64,000 nt of DNA, from assembly GCA_965222075.1 (NCBI GenBank), contig OZ244937.1, forward strand, positions 2,144,001-2,208,000, in the 5' to 3' direction. A model generated the notes under the pieces. The model was not told the DNA's origin. It saw nothing but the letters and a program-made list of their open reading frames with translations, and did no database searches. Both the position numbers and the translations under genes were made by a program. The stretch's first letter is position 1. Each line of letters starts with the position of its first letter. Positions 51,063-59,681 of the stretch are shown here, piece after piece. The stretch comes from Candidatus Latescibacterota bacterium (GTDB lineage: Bacteria; Latescibacterota; UBA2968; GCA-2709665).

Positions 51063-51072
51063 GGGGAGACCG

Positions 51073-51363
51073 ATGACCAGGGATGAAATCCTGAACGCGC
51101 TCCGAACGCACAAGGCGACCCTTGCGCAACGCTTTGGTGTCACGAAACTCGCCTTGTTCGGATCGGTTGTTCGCAACCAGCTATCCAAAGACAGTGATGT
51201 CGACATCCTGGTTTCATTCCAGGGGAGGGCTGACTGGCGCCGATATTTCGGCGTCCAGTTTTACCTTGAGGATCTGCTTGGCCGCCCTGTCGATCTGGTG
51301 ACGGACAAGGCTCTGCGAGTGGAATTACGTCCCTATGTGGAGCGGGAGATCGTCAATGTCTGA
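51073..51363 (+). CDS. Minimal nucleotidyltransferase (MNT/MntA antitoxin)
   Basis: LFGS, SDVD and LE.LLG..VDLV motifs; complete. Confidence 0.88.
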   Translation: MTRDEILNALRTHKATLAQRFGVTKLALFGSVVRNQLSKDSDVDILVSFQGRADWRRYFGVQFYLEDLLGRPVDLVTDKALRVELRPYVEREIVNV

Positions 51364-51409
51364 CGCCGACCAAGAAGCGCGTAGCTGGCGGCACTGCAAA
51401 ATCTGCTGA
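51356..51409 (+). pseudogene. 5' remnant of the HEPN/DUF86 toxin partner of MNT
   Basis: ATG overlaps the MNT end; MSD....R.WR start typical of DUF86, then a stop after 17 aa. Confidence 0.45.
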
Positions 51410-51446
51410 ACACGGCCAAAGCGGCCCCGCGTAAAATGAGGAATCC

Positions 51447-51920
51447 ATGAGAGAGAAAGTTTATCTCGAAACGACAGTGATTAGCTATCTGACTGCTTGG
51501 CGAAGTCCACAACTCTTGATGGCAGCACATCAAGAAGCAACGCGAATTTGGTGGGACGAACAGAAAAATAGCTTCGACATATTTACGTCAGAGGCAGTCA
51601 TTGAAGAAGCGTCAGCAGGCGATCCTGAGGCCGCGCAACGGCGACTTTCAGTGCTAGAGGATATTCCTGAACTCGATATCACCGATAACGTCCGCGATTT
51701 AGCCAAGTCGTTACTTGCCAATACTCCATTACCCGAAAAAGCCCAAATTGATGCACTACACATCGCTGTGGCTACTGTTCATGGGATGGACTATTTACTG
51801 ACATGGAACTGCTGCCATATTGCCAATGCAACTTTCCGCCACCGAATTGATACTGTTTGCGAATCCGCTGGTTACCAAGCACCCATTCTTTGCACACCTC
51901 TCGAATTAATGGAGGTATAA
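51447..51920 (+). CDS. PIN-domain (VapC-like) toxin
   Basis: VYLETT..SY, DALHIA.A and YLLTWN..H motifs. Confidence 0.88.
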   Translation: MREKVYLETTVISYLTAWRSPQLLMAAHQEATRIWWDEQKNSFDIFTSEAVIEEASAGDPEAAQRRLSVLEDIPELDITDNVRDLAKSLLANTPLPEKAQIDALHIAVATVHGMDYLLTWNCCHIANATFRHRIDTVCESAGYQAPILCTPLELMEV

Positions 51921-51924
51921 GCTC

Positions 51925-52101
51925 ATGCAACCAGACCCAATCGTCGAAGAAGTCCGTAAGATACGCGATGCGTATGCTAAGAAATTCAACTATGACCTGG
52001 ATGCGATTTGTCGAGATTTACAAGAGAAGCAGAGGCTGGGCAAAAAAAGAGTGATTTCTTTGCCACCTAAACGCCCGAGAAAAATGAATGGCAGTGGCTA
52101 G
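51925..52101 (+). CDS. 58-aa putative antitoxin of the PIN toxin (absent from the ORF track)
   Basis: MQPDPIVEEVRKIRDAYAKKFNYDLDAI...; GGAGG RBS; directly follows the PIN gene. Confidence 0.75.
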   Translation: MQPDPIVEEVRKIRDAYAKKFNYDLDAICRDLQEKQRLGKKRVISLPPKRPRKMNGSG

Positions 52102-52326
52102 TGCATCGCGGTGTAAATCTTTACACATGACAGCACTGCGGCTAATCTACTTGAGTCCCACGTTTTGGCGGAACTACATGGCGATCAGGGAAATGGGTAA
52201 TAACTTTCGCCACGATGCACCTAGTATCCGAAAAGCTTCGTTGCGTTGTTATAAATCGTGGAAATCCTACGAATGTCAGATGTTGATAAACTTCGACTCT
52301 TATTGTCAAAGAGATGTCCCATTTCC

Positions 52327-52386
52327 AGCGCTGAACAACTCAAGGCATTGTTGAAGTCGCATTTGGAAGGCGACGACGAGCGCTTC
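52327..52386 (+). pseudogene. N-terminal scrap of an IetA-like AAA+ ATPase
   Basis: SAEQLKALLKSHLEGDDERF, recalled as the N-terminus of AAA ATPases paired with S8 proteases. Confidence 0.45.
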
Positions 52387-52420
52387 GTTTTATGAACCGA
52401 TCAGATCACGCAGCGAATCC

Positions 52421-52512
52421 TTGCGTCCCTTTGACAAACCGGCCTCCGGCGGATCGCCGTCAAGGTCATCAACCACCTCGGTGACGAGGTCATGAAGGTA
52501 TTTCGCACATGA
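52421..52512 (+). pseudogene. 3' tail of a type III Mod methyltransferase (remnant 2, frameshifted)
   Basis: RPFDKPASG/RIAVKVINHLGDEVMKVFRT*. Confidence 0.7.
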
Positions 52513-54206
52513 ATTTCAACACGACCAACAACACGTTTCGCCAATTAATGGGCAATGGGCTGAGTTATCGCGTTCCGAAGTTTCAACGCGATTATTCCTG
52601 GGGCCTCGACGAATGGGACGACCTGTGGCAGGACATTGTTGCGCTGTTCGGCGAGGACCCGGAACCCGCTCATTACCTGGGCTATCTGGTACTGCAATCA
52701 GCGGACAATAGGACGTTCGACATCATCGATGGACAGCAGCGCATGACCACGCTGAGCCTGTTGATGCTGGCGTCGGTGGCGCATCTGGCGGACCTGGCGC
52801 CGCCGGGTGATCCGGATGACCCGCAACATCGGCGCGCTGAGCAGTTGCGTAGCAACTACATCGGCTACCTGGACCCGGTGAGCCTGGTATCGCGCTCCAA
52901 GCTAACGCTGAATCGGCATAACGATCGCTTTTACCAGAATTACCTGGTACCCCTGGAGCATCTGCCGCAAAGAGGCTTGAACGCCTCGGAACATCTACTG
53001 CGCCGGGCGTTTCTCTGGTTTAAGGAGCGCACCAAAGAACGATCAGGTGATGACGGTGAATCGGTGGCGCGCTTTGTCGATGTCGCGGTGGATAAGCTGT
53101 TCTTTACAATCATCACCGTGACTGACGAATTAAATGCCTTCAAGGTGTTCGAGACGCTAAACGCTCGCGGCGTGCGCTTGTCCGCCACCGATTTGCTGAA
53201 GAATTACTTGTTTTCCGTCGTCTCGCGTGGCAATCCGCACGAATCGGAGATCAACACCTTGGAAGATCGATGGGAGGGTATCGTCGGGCTGCTGGGCAGT
53301 GAGAGCTTTCCCGAGTTCTTGCGGGTCTTCTGGAACAGCCGCAACAAACTGGTACGCAAGGCGGACTTGTTCAAAGTCATTCGCCACGCGATCTACGATA
53401 GGTCCAAAGCGTTTGAACTGATCCGCGACATGGACAGGAGCGCCCGGGTGTATGCGGCCTTGCGCAGCCCGGAGGACGACTCCTGGACAGCAGAGGAACG
53501 CGCCAGCCTGGCCCAGTTGCAGATGTTCAACGTGCGTCAGCCGTTAGCATTACTGTTGGCGGCATTTGAGCGATTCGAGGAAGACGACCGCGCCGGCTTT
53601 GGACGTCTTCTGCAGGCTATCGCGGTAGTGTCGTTTCGATACAACGTGATTTGTAGCCGCCAAAGCAACGAGCAGGAGGTTGTATATAACCAGATTGCCC
53701 GAGAAATTTCGGCAGGCCGGATTGACAGCACGGCCGCAGCGATTGCGGAACTGCGGCCTGTCTATCCCGAAGATGCGGAATTCAGGGCGGCGTTTGCAGA
53801 CAAGGCGCTGCGGACCACCAGTAGCCGCAACAATAAAGTCGTGCGCTTTATCCTGTTTCGGCTTGAAGTACAGTTGTCGGGACAGCGCTTTGAATTCGAG
53901 AGCGCGAAATACGGCATCGAACATGTGTTGCCGGAGAATCCCGGCGGTGACTGGGAGCAGTTTGATGACCAGCAGCGAGAGGCGTCTACCTACCGTCTGG
54001 GTAACATGACCCTCATGGTGACCGCGGACAATCGCAATCTGGGAAACGCGGGATTCGCCGAAAAACGACCGGTTTACCATGAGAGTAACTTCGCCATCAC
54101 CCGCAGGCTGGCAGAAGACTACGACACTTGGACCGTGGAGAAGATTCGCACACACCAAGCCTGGATGGCGAAACAGGCTACGGGCATATGGCGAATCAAT
54201 CTCTGA
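52509..54206 (+). CDS. GmrSD-like restriction protein (DUF262 + DUF1524/HNH), copy 2
   Basis: Same motifs as copy 1; about 32 aa differences in 565 by manual comparison. Confidence 0.88.
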   Translation: MNFNTTNNTFRQLMGNGLSYRVPKFQRDYSWGLDEWDDLWQDIVALFGEDPEPAHYLGYLVLQSADNRTFDIIDGQQRMTTLSLLMLASVAHLADLAPPGDPDDPQHRRAEQLRSNYIGYLDPVSLVSRSKLTLNRHNDRFYQNYLVPLEHLPQRGLNASEHLLRRAFLWFKERTKERSGDDGESVARFVDVAVDKLFFTIITVTDELNAFKVFETLNARGVRLSATDLLKNYLFSVVSRGNPHESEINTLEDRWEGIVGLLGSESFPEFLRVFWNSRNKLVRKADLFKVIRHAIYDRSKAFELIRDMDRSARVYAALRSPEDDSWTAEERASLAQLQMFNVRQPLALLLAAFERFEEDDRAGFGRLLQAIAVVSFRYNVICSRQSNEQEVVYNQIAREISAGRIDSTAAAIAELRPVYPEDAEFRAAFADKALRTTSSRNNKVVRFILFRLEVQLSGQRFEFESAKYGIEHVLPENPGGDWEQFDDQQREASTYRLGNMTLMVTADNRNLGNAGFAEKRPVYHESNFAITRRLAEDYDTWTVEKIRTHQAWMAKQATGIWRINL

Positions 54207-54246
54207 TGAGAAATGCGATTTCGCATCGTCGACACCTTCACCGACA

Positions 54247-54448
54247 GCCGCCCCGAAAAGCGCCTCACAAAATTCAACACCACCCTCCTCTCCCGCCTGA
54301 ACCTGACCTCTCCCAAACGCTTCGCCTTCAACGCCAGCGACGGGACCGAGGTCGAGGGCTGGATCATGCTCCCCCCGACTCTCGCCGCAAAAAACACCCC
54401 GCCATCCTGGAAATCCACGGCGGCCCCCGCACGGCCTACGGCCTCGGC
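54247..54448 (+). pseudogene. Duplicated internal fragment of the S9 peptidase gene (42589-42791)
   Basis: About 200 bp near-identical, with a few substitutions and a 1-bp deletion. Confidence 0.9.
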
Positions 54449-54575
54449 AATGGATACCGATCACACTGGAATCAGATGTCGTTGATCCTTTCGAAAGTGT
54501 TCGCGCAACGCCCGGCGATACTGTTCAAACTCTTCGTTTCTTTCCCGGCAGGTGTCGCTGGATCAGAATCGTATG

Positions 54576-55421
54576 TTATTCCCCCACCACGTCCTCCAGT
54601 GCCTTCAGAACCGGGTCCAGGTCAAACACGTATCCGAACATCAGCGACAGCCGCCACAGCGCGATCTGCTTCGCCCACTCATCCGTACAGCTCTCCGCAT
54701 TCTCCACCGCTGTCGTCGCCTGCCGGATCGTGGAGCAGACGTATCCCATCCGGCTCATATCGATCATCCCTCCCGGGCTGGCCAGCAGGCACCAGTTGAT
54801 CGCAAACCCCACGTAAATCAGGTTCCAGATCCCCCGCTCCCGGCACGCCGCGTTGAGCTGGTGCGAGTTGATCACCACCGCCTCCCCCGGTTCCGGCATC
54901 GCCTGCGGCGCAAAATCAATATATTTGAACCCCGCCGCAATATCGGCATTATTGTGCGCCCCCTGCGTCTGCACTCCCCGCTCCTCCCCCCACTGCTTCC
55001 GAAGCGCATCCTCCACCGCCCCGGCCGGCCGTTCGGGCGGGGGGCCCGCCATCTCTCTGATCCGCCGGTACTCCTCATACTGCTCCGTATAACTCTCCCC
55101 CGACGCCACGTGCATCACCGTCAACCCCGCTTTGCGCGCCGCTCCCAAAAGCGGCGGAAAAATCTTCTCAGAAATCTCCATCGCCCTGGGCAGGTACTCC
55201 ACCACCCGGAACCAGCCCACGTAGGGCGAATCCGGCCCGGCCGGAATCTCATCCACCAGCCCCGGATTCCACGCATGCATACTCACCAGCGCCGTCTTTT
55301 CAAACGGCACATCTAAAATCCGCGTCGTCCACCCCGAAAACCCCCGTCCCGGAATATCCGCCCCTACATCCGCATCGTGCTGCCGGTAATAATGCGCCGG
55401 CAACCTCAGAATCTTACCCAT
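54576..55421 (-). CDS. Isochorismatase/cysteine hydrolase-like protein
   Basis: KTALV, AR..G..V.H and LIYVGFA.NWC motifs. Confidence 0.6.
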   Translation of the reverse strand: MGKILRLPAHYYRQHDADVGADIPGRGFSGWTTRILDVPFEKTALVSMHAWNPGLVDEIPAGPDSPYVGWFRVVEYLPRAMEISEKIFPPLLGAARKAGLTVMHVASGESYTEQYEEYRRIREMAGPPPERPAGAVEDALRKQWGEERGVQTQGAHNNADIAAGFKYIDFAPQAMPEPGEAVVINSHQLNAACRERGIWNLIYVGFAINWCLLASPGGMIDMSRMGYVCSTIRQATTAVENAESCTDEWAKQIALWRLSLMFGYVFDLDPVLKALEDVVGE

Positions 55422-55442
55422 AATTTCCTCCTGTCTCCCCAA

Positions 55443-56657
55443 TCAAACAACCCCTTCTCTGCGCAATCCCTCAATCTCCTCAATCGACATCTCCAGGTAC
55501 CCTCCCAGCACCTCCTCCGTGTGTTCTCCCAGCTTCGGACCTCGCTGGTGTTCAACGCTCGCATCGCTGATCTGAATCGCGTTCGCCACCACGCGTACCA
55601 CCCCGAAATCCGGATGTGGAAGCTCGAGTATCATCTCATCTTCGGCCACCTGCGGGTCCCGGAACGCCTCTTCCACCGTATTGACAGGGGCGCATGGAAC
55701 CTGTCCTTTGAGCAGGTCCAGCCACTCGGCCGTCGGTTTCTGCCGCGACAGATCCTTCAGCATCGGCACCAGCGCTTCCCGGTTTTCCAGGCGGTTCGCA
55801 AAACTCCGAAAACGGGGGTCGTCGGCCAGTTCCGGCGCACCCAGAATCCGCACCAGGTTTTGATAGAACTTCTCCTTGGCGCACATCACCACAAGCCATC
55901 CGTCCTGTGTGGGCAGCACCTGGGACGGGATCTGCGACGGGTGCGAAGAATCCGCCATCCGCTGCGGCTGATAACCTCTGGTCAGATGCCACGCCCCGAC
56001 GTATCCCAACTGGGAAAGCGCCGTATCGAACAGGTTTACGTCCACATCGCACCCCAGGCCGGTCTCACGGGCGCGCAGAACCGCGCTGATCAGCCCCAGG
56101 GACGCCATCACCCCCCCGTTCAAATCGACCAGCGACAGCCCCGTCTTCTGCGGCGGCGTTCCCGGTTCGCCCGTCAAACTCATCCAGCCGGCATACCCCT
56201 GCATCAGATAATCGTACCCCGGCTCATCCGCGCGGGCGCCGGTGCGGCCGAACGCGGACAGGGAACAGCACACAACCGACCGCTTCACCCCTCCCAGCGC
56301 AGCGTAGTCCAGCCCCAGTTTGGCCGGCAGATCCCCCCGTAAATTGTTGAACACCCCATCTGAAACCCTCACCAGGGGATACAGCACCTCCCGCACCCTC
56401 GGATGCTGCAGATTCAGCGTCATGCTTTTCTTATTCCGGTTAAAACTCTGAAAATAGATACTGTCCTGCTCCACCGTATAGGGCGGAACATACCGGGCCA
56501 CATCCCCCTCCGTTCCGGGATTCTCGATCTTGATGACCTCCGCGCCCAGATCCGCCAGCATCATCGTCGCCCAGGGCCCCGCCCCGAACTGCTCAACCGA
56601 AATGATCCGCACCCCGTCTAAGGGCGGACGGGCGCCTGTCCTGTTTTGATCTCTCAA
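55443..56657 (-). CDS. Family III CoA-transferase (CaiB/BaiF)
   Basis: AGP.A...LADLGAEVIKIE.P..GD, NRNKKS and PGYD motifs. Confidence 0.92.
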   Translation of the reverse strand: MRDQNRTGARPPLDGVRIISVEQFGAGPWATMMLADLGAEVIKIENPGTEGDVARYVPPYTVEQDSIYFQSFNRNKKSMTLNLQHPRVREVLYPLVRVSDGVFNNLRGDLPAKLGLDYAALGGVKRSVVCCSLSAFGRTGARADEPGYDYLMQGYAGWMSLTGEPGTPPQKTGLSLVDLNGGVMASLGLISAVLRARETGLGCDVDVNLFDTALSQLGYVGAWHLTRGYQPQRMADSSHPSQIPSQVLPTQDGWLVVMCAKEKFYQNLVRILGAPELADDPRFRSFANRLENREALVPMLKDLSRQKPTAEWLDLLKGQVPCAPVNTVEEAFRDPQVAEDEMILELPHPDFGVVRVVANAIQISDASVEHQRGPKLGEHTEEVLGGYLEMSIEEIEGLRREGVV

Positions 56658-56733
56658 ACCCGCCTCTCCTGAGGGTCGGCCATCTTACGCACCCCTGCCT
56701 GGATTGCCAAATCCGGCAAGCGCAAAGCCCCGA

Positions 56734-57588
56734 TCAGCTCGCCCCTTCATGCAGTTCCAGAATCCGCCGTGCCCGCTTGACAACCGGAAGATCGACCATC
56801 CGGCCGTCTGCGGCAATCGCCCCCCCACCTTCTGCTTCAAACGTGGCCACCACGCGCCGTGCCTGTTCAACCTCTTCATCCGTTGGACGATATACCCGGT
56901 GAACAACCTCGATCTGCCCGGGGTGAATCACGGCCTTGCCGGTAAATCCGAGTTCGCGGGCCCTGCGCGTCTCCCCGGCCAGTCCATCCGGATCTCGAAT
57001 ATCTAAGTAGACCCTGTCAACCGCCTGGAGGTGCACGCTGGCCGCCGCCACAACAACCGCCGACCGGGCGTAGAGCATCTCGCCGGCTGCCCCTTTCCCG
57101 GTCGAAAAAATCCCCAGGTCCAGCGCGAAATCCTCCGCTCCGAACATCAGCCCGACCAGCCTGGGACAGGCAGCGGCAATCGCCGGCGCCTGGACCAGGC
57201 CCAGGGCGCTCTCGATCGTCGCCAGCAGACGCACACTGCCCTGCGGGAGTCCCGCTGCAGGCTCCCGCTCGCTCAGGGCCGTATCGACTAAGCGCACATC
57301 GTCGGGCCGTTCCACTTTCGGCAGCGCCAGTCCGTACAGACCCGGCCGGATCACCTCCTGCAGATCCGCATCCAGTTCAGCGTGTCCGGCAGCATGCGTG
57401 CGCACAAGACGATGGGCCTTCCCCGGAACGCTATCCAAAGCTGCGCCCACCCGTTCTCGAGCCGTATCCACCGCATCGGGCGGCACCCCGTCCTCTAAGT
57501 CGAATATCACGGCATCCGGCTCCAGGCCGAGGGCCTTGTCGATCATCCTCTGCCGGTGTCCGGGCACAAACAGCCAGGACCGCATCAT
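56734..57588 (-). CDS. CitE-like CoA-ester lyase (HpcH/HpaI aldolase/citrate lyase family)
   Basis: RSWLFVPG, DLEDGV, LPKVE, IES..G, GAED and GK..IHP.Q motifs. Confidence 0.9.
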   Translation of the reverse strand: MMRSWLFVPGHRQRMIDKALGLEPDAVIFDLEDGVPPDAVDTARERVGAALDSVPGKAHRLVRTHAAGHAELDADLQEVIRPGLYGLALPKVERPDDVRLVDTALSEREPAAGLPQGSVRLLATIESALGLVQAPAIAAACPRLVGLMFGAEDFALDLGIFSTGKGAAGEMLYARSAVVVAAASVHLQAVDRVYLDIRDPDGLAGETRRARELGFTGKAVIHPGQIEVVHRVYRPTDEEVEQARRVVATFEAEGGGAIAADGRMVDLPVVKRARRILELHEGAS

Positions 57589-57634
57589 CACCCAACCCCC
57601 TGCCCCCCTTCCCTGCAAGGAAGGGAGAACCGGT

Positions 57635-58150
57635 CTATCCTTCGTCTATCTCAGGGAAGCGGTCTTGCGAGTTGTTCCGCTTGTAGACCATGATACCACG
57701 CACAAAATCGATCACAACCTTGCCATCCTGATTGATCCCCCGCGACCGAACCTTGACAATACCCGCCTCCGGGTAGGACTTCGACTCCCGCTTCGACAGC
57801 ACCTCGGTCTCGCAATAGAGCGTATCCCCCACAAAAACCGGATTTGGGAGCCGGACCTCTTCCCAACCCAGATTCGCCATTGCGTTTTCACTCACATCCG
57901 TCACACTCATGCCCACCACCAGGGCCAGGGTAAACGTGCTGTTGACCAGGATCTGTCCCCACCTGGACTGCTCGCTGTACCGGGCGTCAAAATGCAGCGG
58001 ATTTGTATTCAGCGTCAGGTGGGTGAACAACAGATTGTCCGCCTCCGTCACCGTGCGGCCGAACCTGCTCCGGTACACATCTCCGACTTCAAAATCCTCG
58101 TAGCACCTTCCCTCCCATCCCGTTTTGATCCTCTTCTTAGACCCTGCCAT
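57635..58150 (-). CDS. MaoC-family (R)-specific enoyl-CoA hydratase, RipB/Ich-like
   Basis: EDF.VG, RTVTE.DN..F...T.N..PLH.D, ANLGW and PVF.GDTL motifs. Confidence 0.88.
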   Translation of the reverse strand: MAGSKKRIKTGWEGRCYEDFEVGDVYRSRFGRTVTEADNLLFTHLTLNTNPLHFDARYSEQSRWGQILVNSTFTLALVVGMSVTDVSENAMANLGWEEVRLPNPVFVGDTLYCETEVLSKRESKSYPEAGIVKVRSRGINQDGKVVIDFVRGIMVYKRNNSQDRFPEIDEG

Positions 58151-58317
58151 GCCACGCCCTTTCTCAGGTCTGTCTGCTCCCATCCGCCTGAAAACCGGAA
58201 GTTACCGCATGCAAAATGCAAATATATAAACGTGGATATTTGAAAACAATACCGTATATTATAGCGTTTTGCCCCGGCCCATCCAACCGATTTTCGACAA
58301 CCCGTTTGGAATCTTTA

Positions 58318-59538
58318 ATGTCCGACACCGCGCCTTCACCCTCCGGCCTCCTCACCCGTGGATTCGTCGCCCTGCTCATCGTCTCCTTCTTCTCCAGTTT
58401 CATCTCCTCTCCCCTCTACTCGCTCCTGCCGGTCTATGTGGACAAAGCGCACCTCGGATCTCCCCTCTTTGCCGGCTTTCTGAAAGCGCTCTTCCTCATC
58501 CTGGGCGGGCTCTTCGCTGTCCCCGCGGGCATGCTCTGCGACATGCTCGGCGTCAAGCGCATACTCATCCTGGGCATTGTTGGCCCGCTGCTTGCAGGCT
58601 TCATCTTCCTCACCGGCGACCCCCTCATCCTGGTTGCGCTCTGTATCGGCCTGGGCGCCACCTTCGGCTTCAGCAGCACCGGCGGACAGAGCTACCTCTT
58701 GGGCGCCGTCTCCCCCTCCGTGATTGGCCTCGCCTCCGCCGGCTACTTCTTAGGCAGCACCCTCGGCACCGCGTCGGGCAGCCTCTTTGCAGGCCCCATC
58801 GCAGACGCCCTGGGCTATCAAGCGCTTGGTATGGTCGCCTGTATCGCCTCTGTCTGTCTCATCGCCGGCGCCCTCTTCCTCCTCCCTGAACTCCCGCGTA
58901 GCGGCGAAAGCATCCGCTCCGTATCCCGCTCCTTCGCCGGCTACCTGAGTCTCCTCCGCCGCCGGGAAGTTCGCCTCCTCCTTGGCATCCGCTACCTTCC
59001 CACCTGCTACTGGGGCGCCGTCACCCTCCTTGTTCCGCTCCTCATCTCCCGCATCTCCGGCACCAACACGTCGGCAACGACCTACACCGCGATCAGCCTC
59101 ACCGTCGCCGGCGCCTTCCAGATCCTCACCGGCCGCCTCTGCGACCGCATCGGCCGGTGGCGCCCCATCCTCATCTCCGCTGCCTGCGTCGCCCTCAGCG
59201 CCCTGGGGCTCGCCCTTACGGCCCACACCCTCCCTGGGCTCTACATCTTCGGCGTCATCGCCTCCGCCTCCGCCTGGTCCCTCTCCACCACCATGCCGGG
59301 CCTCCTCAAGCTCACCGCACGAGACGGCGAAGAAGGCCGGGTCGTCGGCATCGCCCACGTCGCCTGGAGCGCCGGCATGCTCTCCGGCAACTTAGGCGGC
59401 GGCAAACTCATCGAATGGGGCCCCACCCTCCCCTTTGGTATCGCCGTCGTCCTCTGCGTGGGCGCCGTCGCCTGCGGCGTGGGCCTCTACCGCGTCCACC
59501 GTGCAGCCGACCCGCCGCCTGGCGCCCCTTCCAAATAA
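58318..59538 (+). CDS. MFS transporter
   Basis: About 12 hydrophobic helices; G.L.D..G.K/R motif twice. Confidence 0.88.
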   Translation: MSDTAPSPSGLLTRGFVALLIVSFFSSFISSPLYSLLPVYVDKAHLGSPLFAGFLKALFLILGGLFAVPAGMLCDMLGVKRILILGIVGPLLAGFIFLTGDPLILVALCIGLGATFGFSSTGGQSYLLGAVSPSVIGLASAGYFLGSTLGTASGSLFAGPIADALGYQALGMVACIASVCLIAGALFLLPELPRSGESIRSVSRSFAGYLSLLRRREVRLLLGIRYLPTCYWGAVTLLVPLLISRISGTNTSATTYTAISLTVAGAFQILTGRLCDRIGRWRPILISAACVALSALGLALTAHTLPGLYIFGVIASASAWSLSTTMPGLLKLTARDGEEGRVVGIAHVAWSAGMLSGNLGGGKLIEWGPTLPFGIAVVLCVGAVACGVGLYRVHRAADPPPGAPSK

Positions 59539-59681
59539 GTTGATTCGCCCCCTCCAATTCGTATATTGTACGGACAGCATCCAAACGCCACCGGATCACC
59601 CTCCCCTGCCTGGCGCACGCGCCCGACGCCGTACTCGTGCCCCGCGTGGTATGGAAGACAGATCGCTACCGGGAGGTCGGA

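Noticed and set aside
52088-52354. 88-aa ORF after the PIN module
   Set aside because: Atypical composition, overlaps the antitoxin end and the AAA scrap; likely spurious.
43728-54206. GmrSD duplication as a simple assembly repeat
   Set aside because: The copies differ at about 32 residues plus synonymous sites and have different flanks; a strain chimera cannot be fully excluded.
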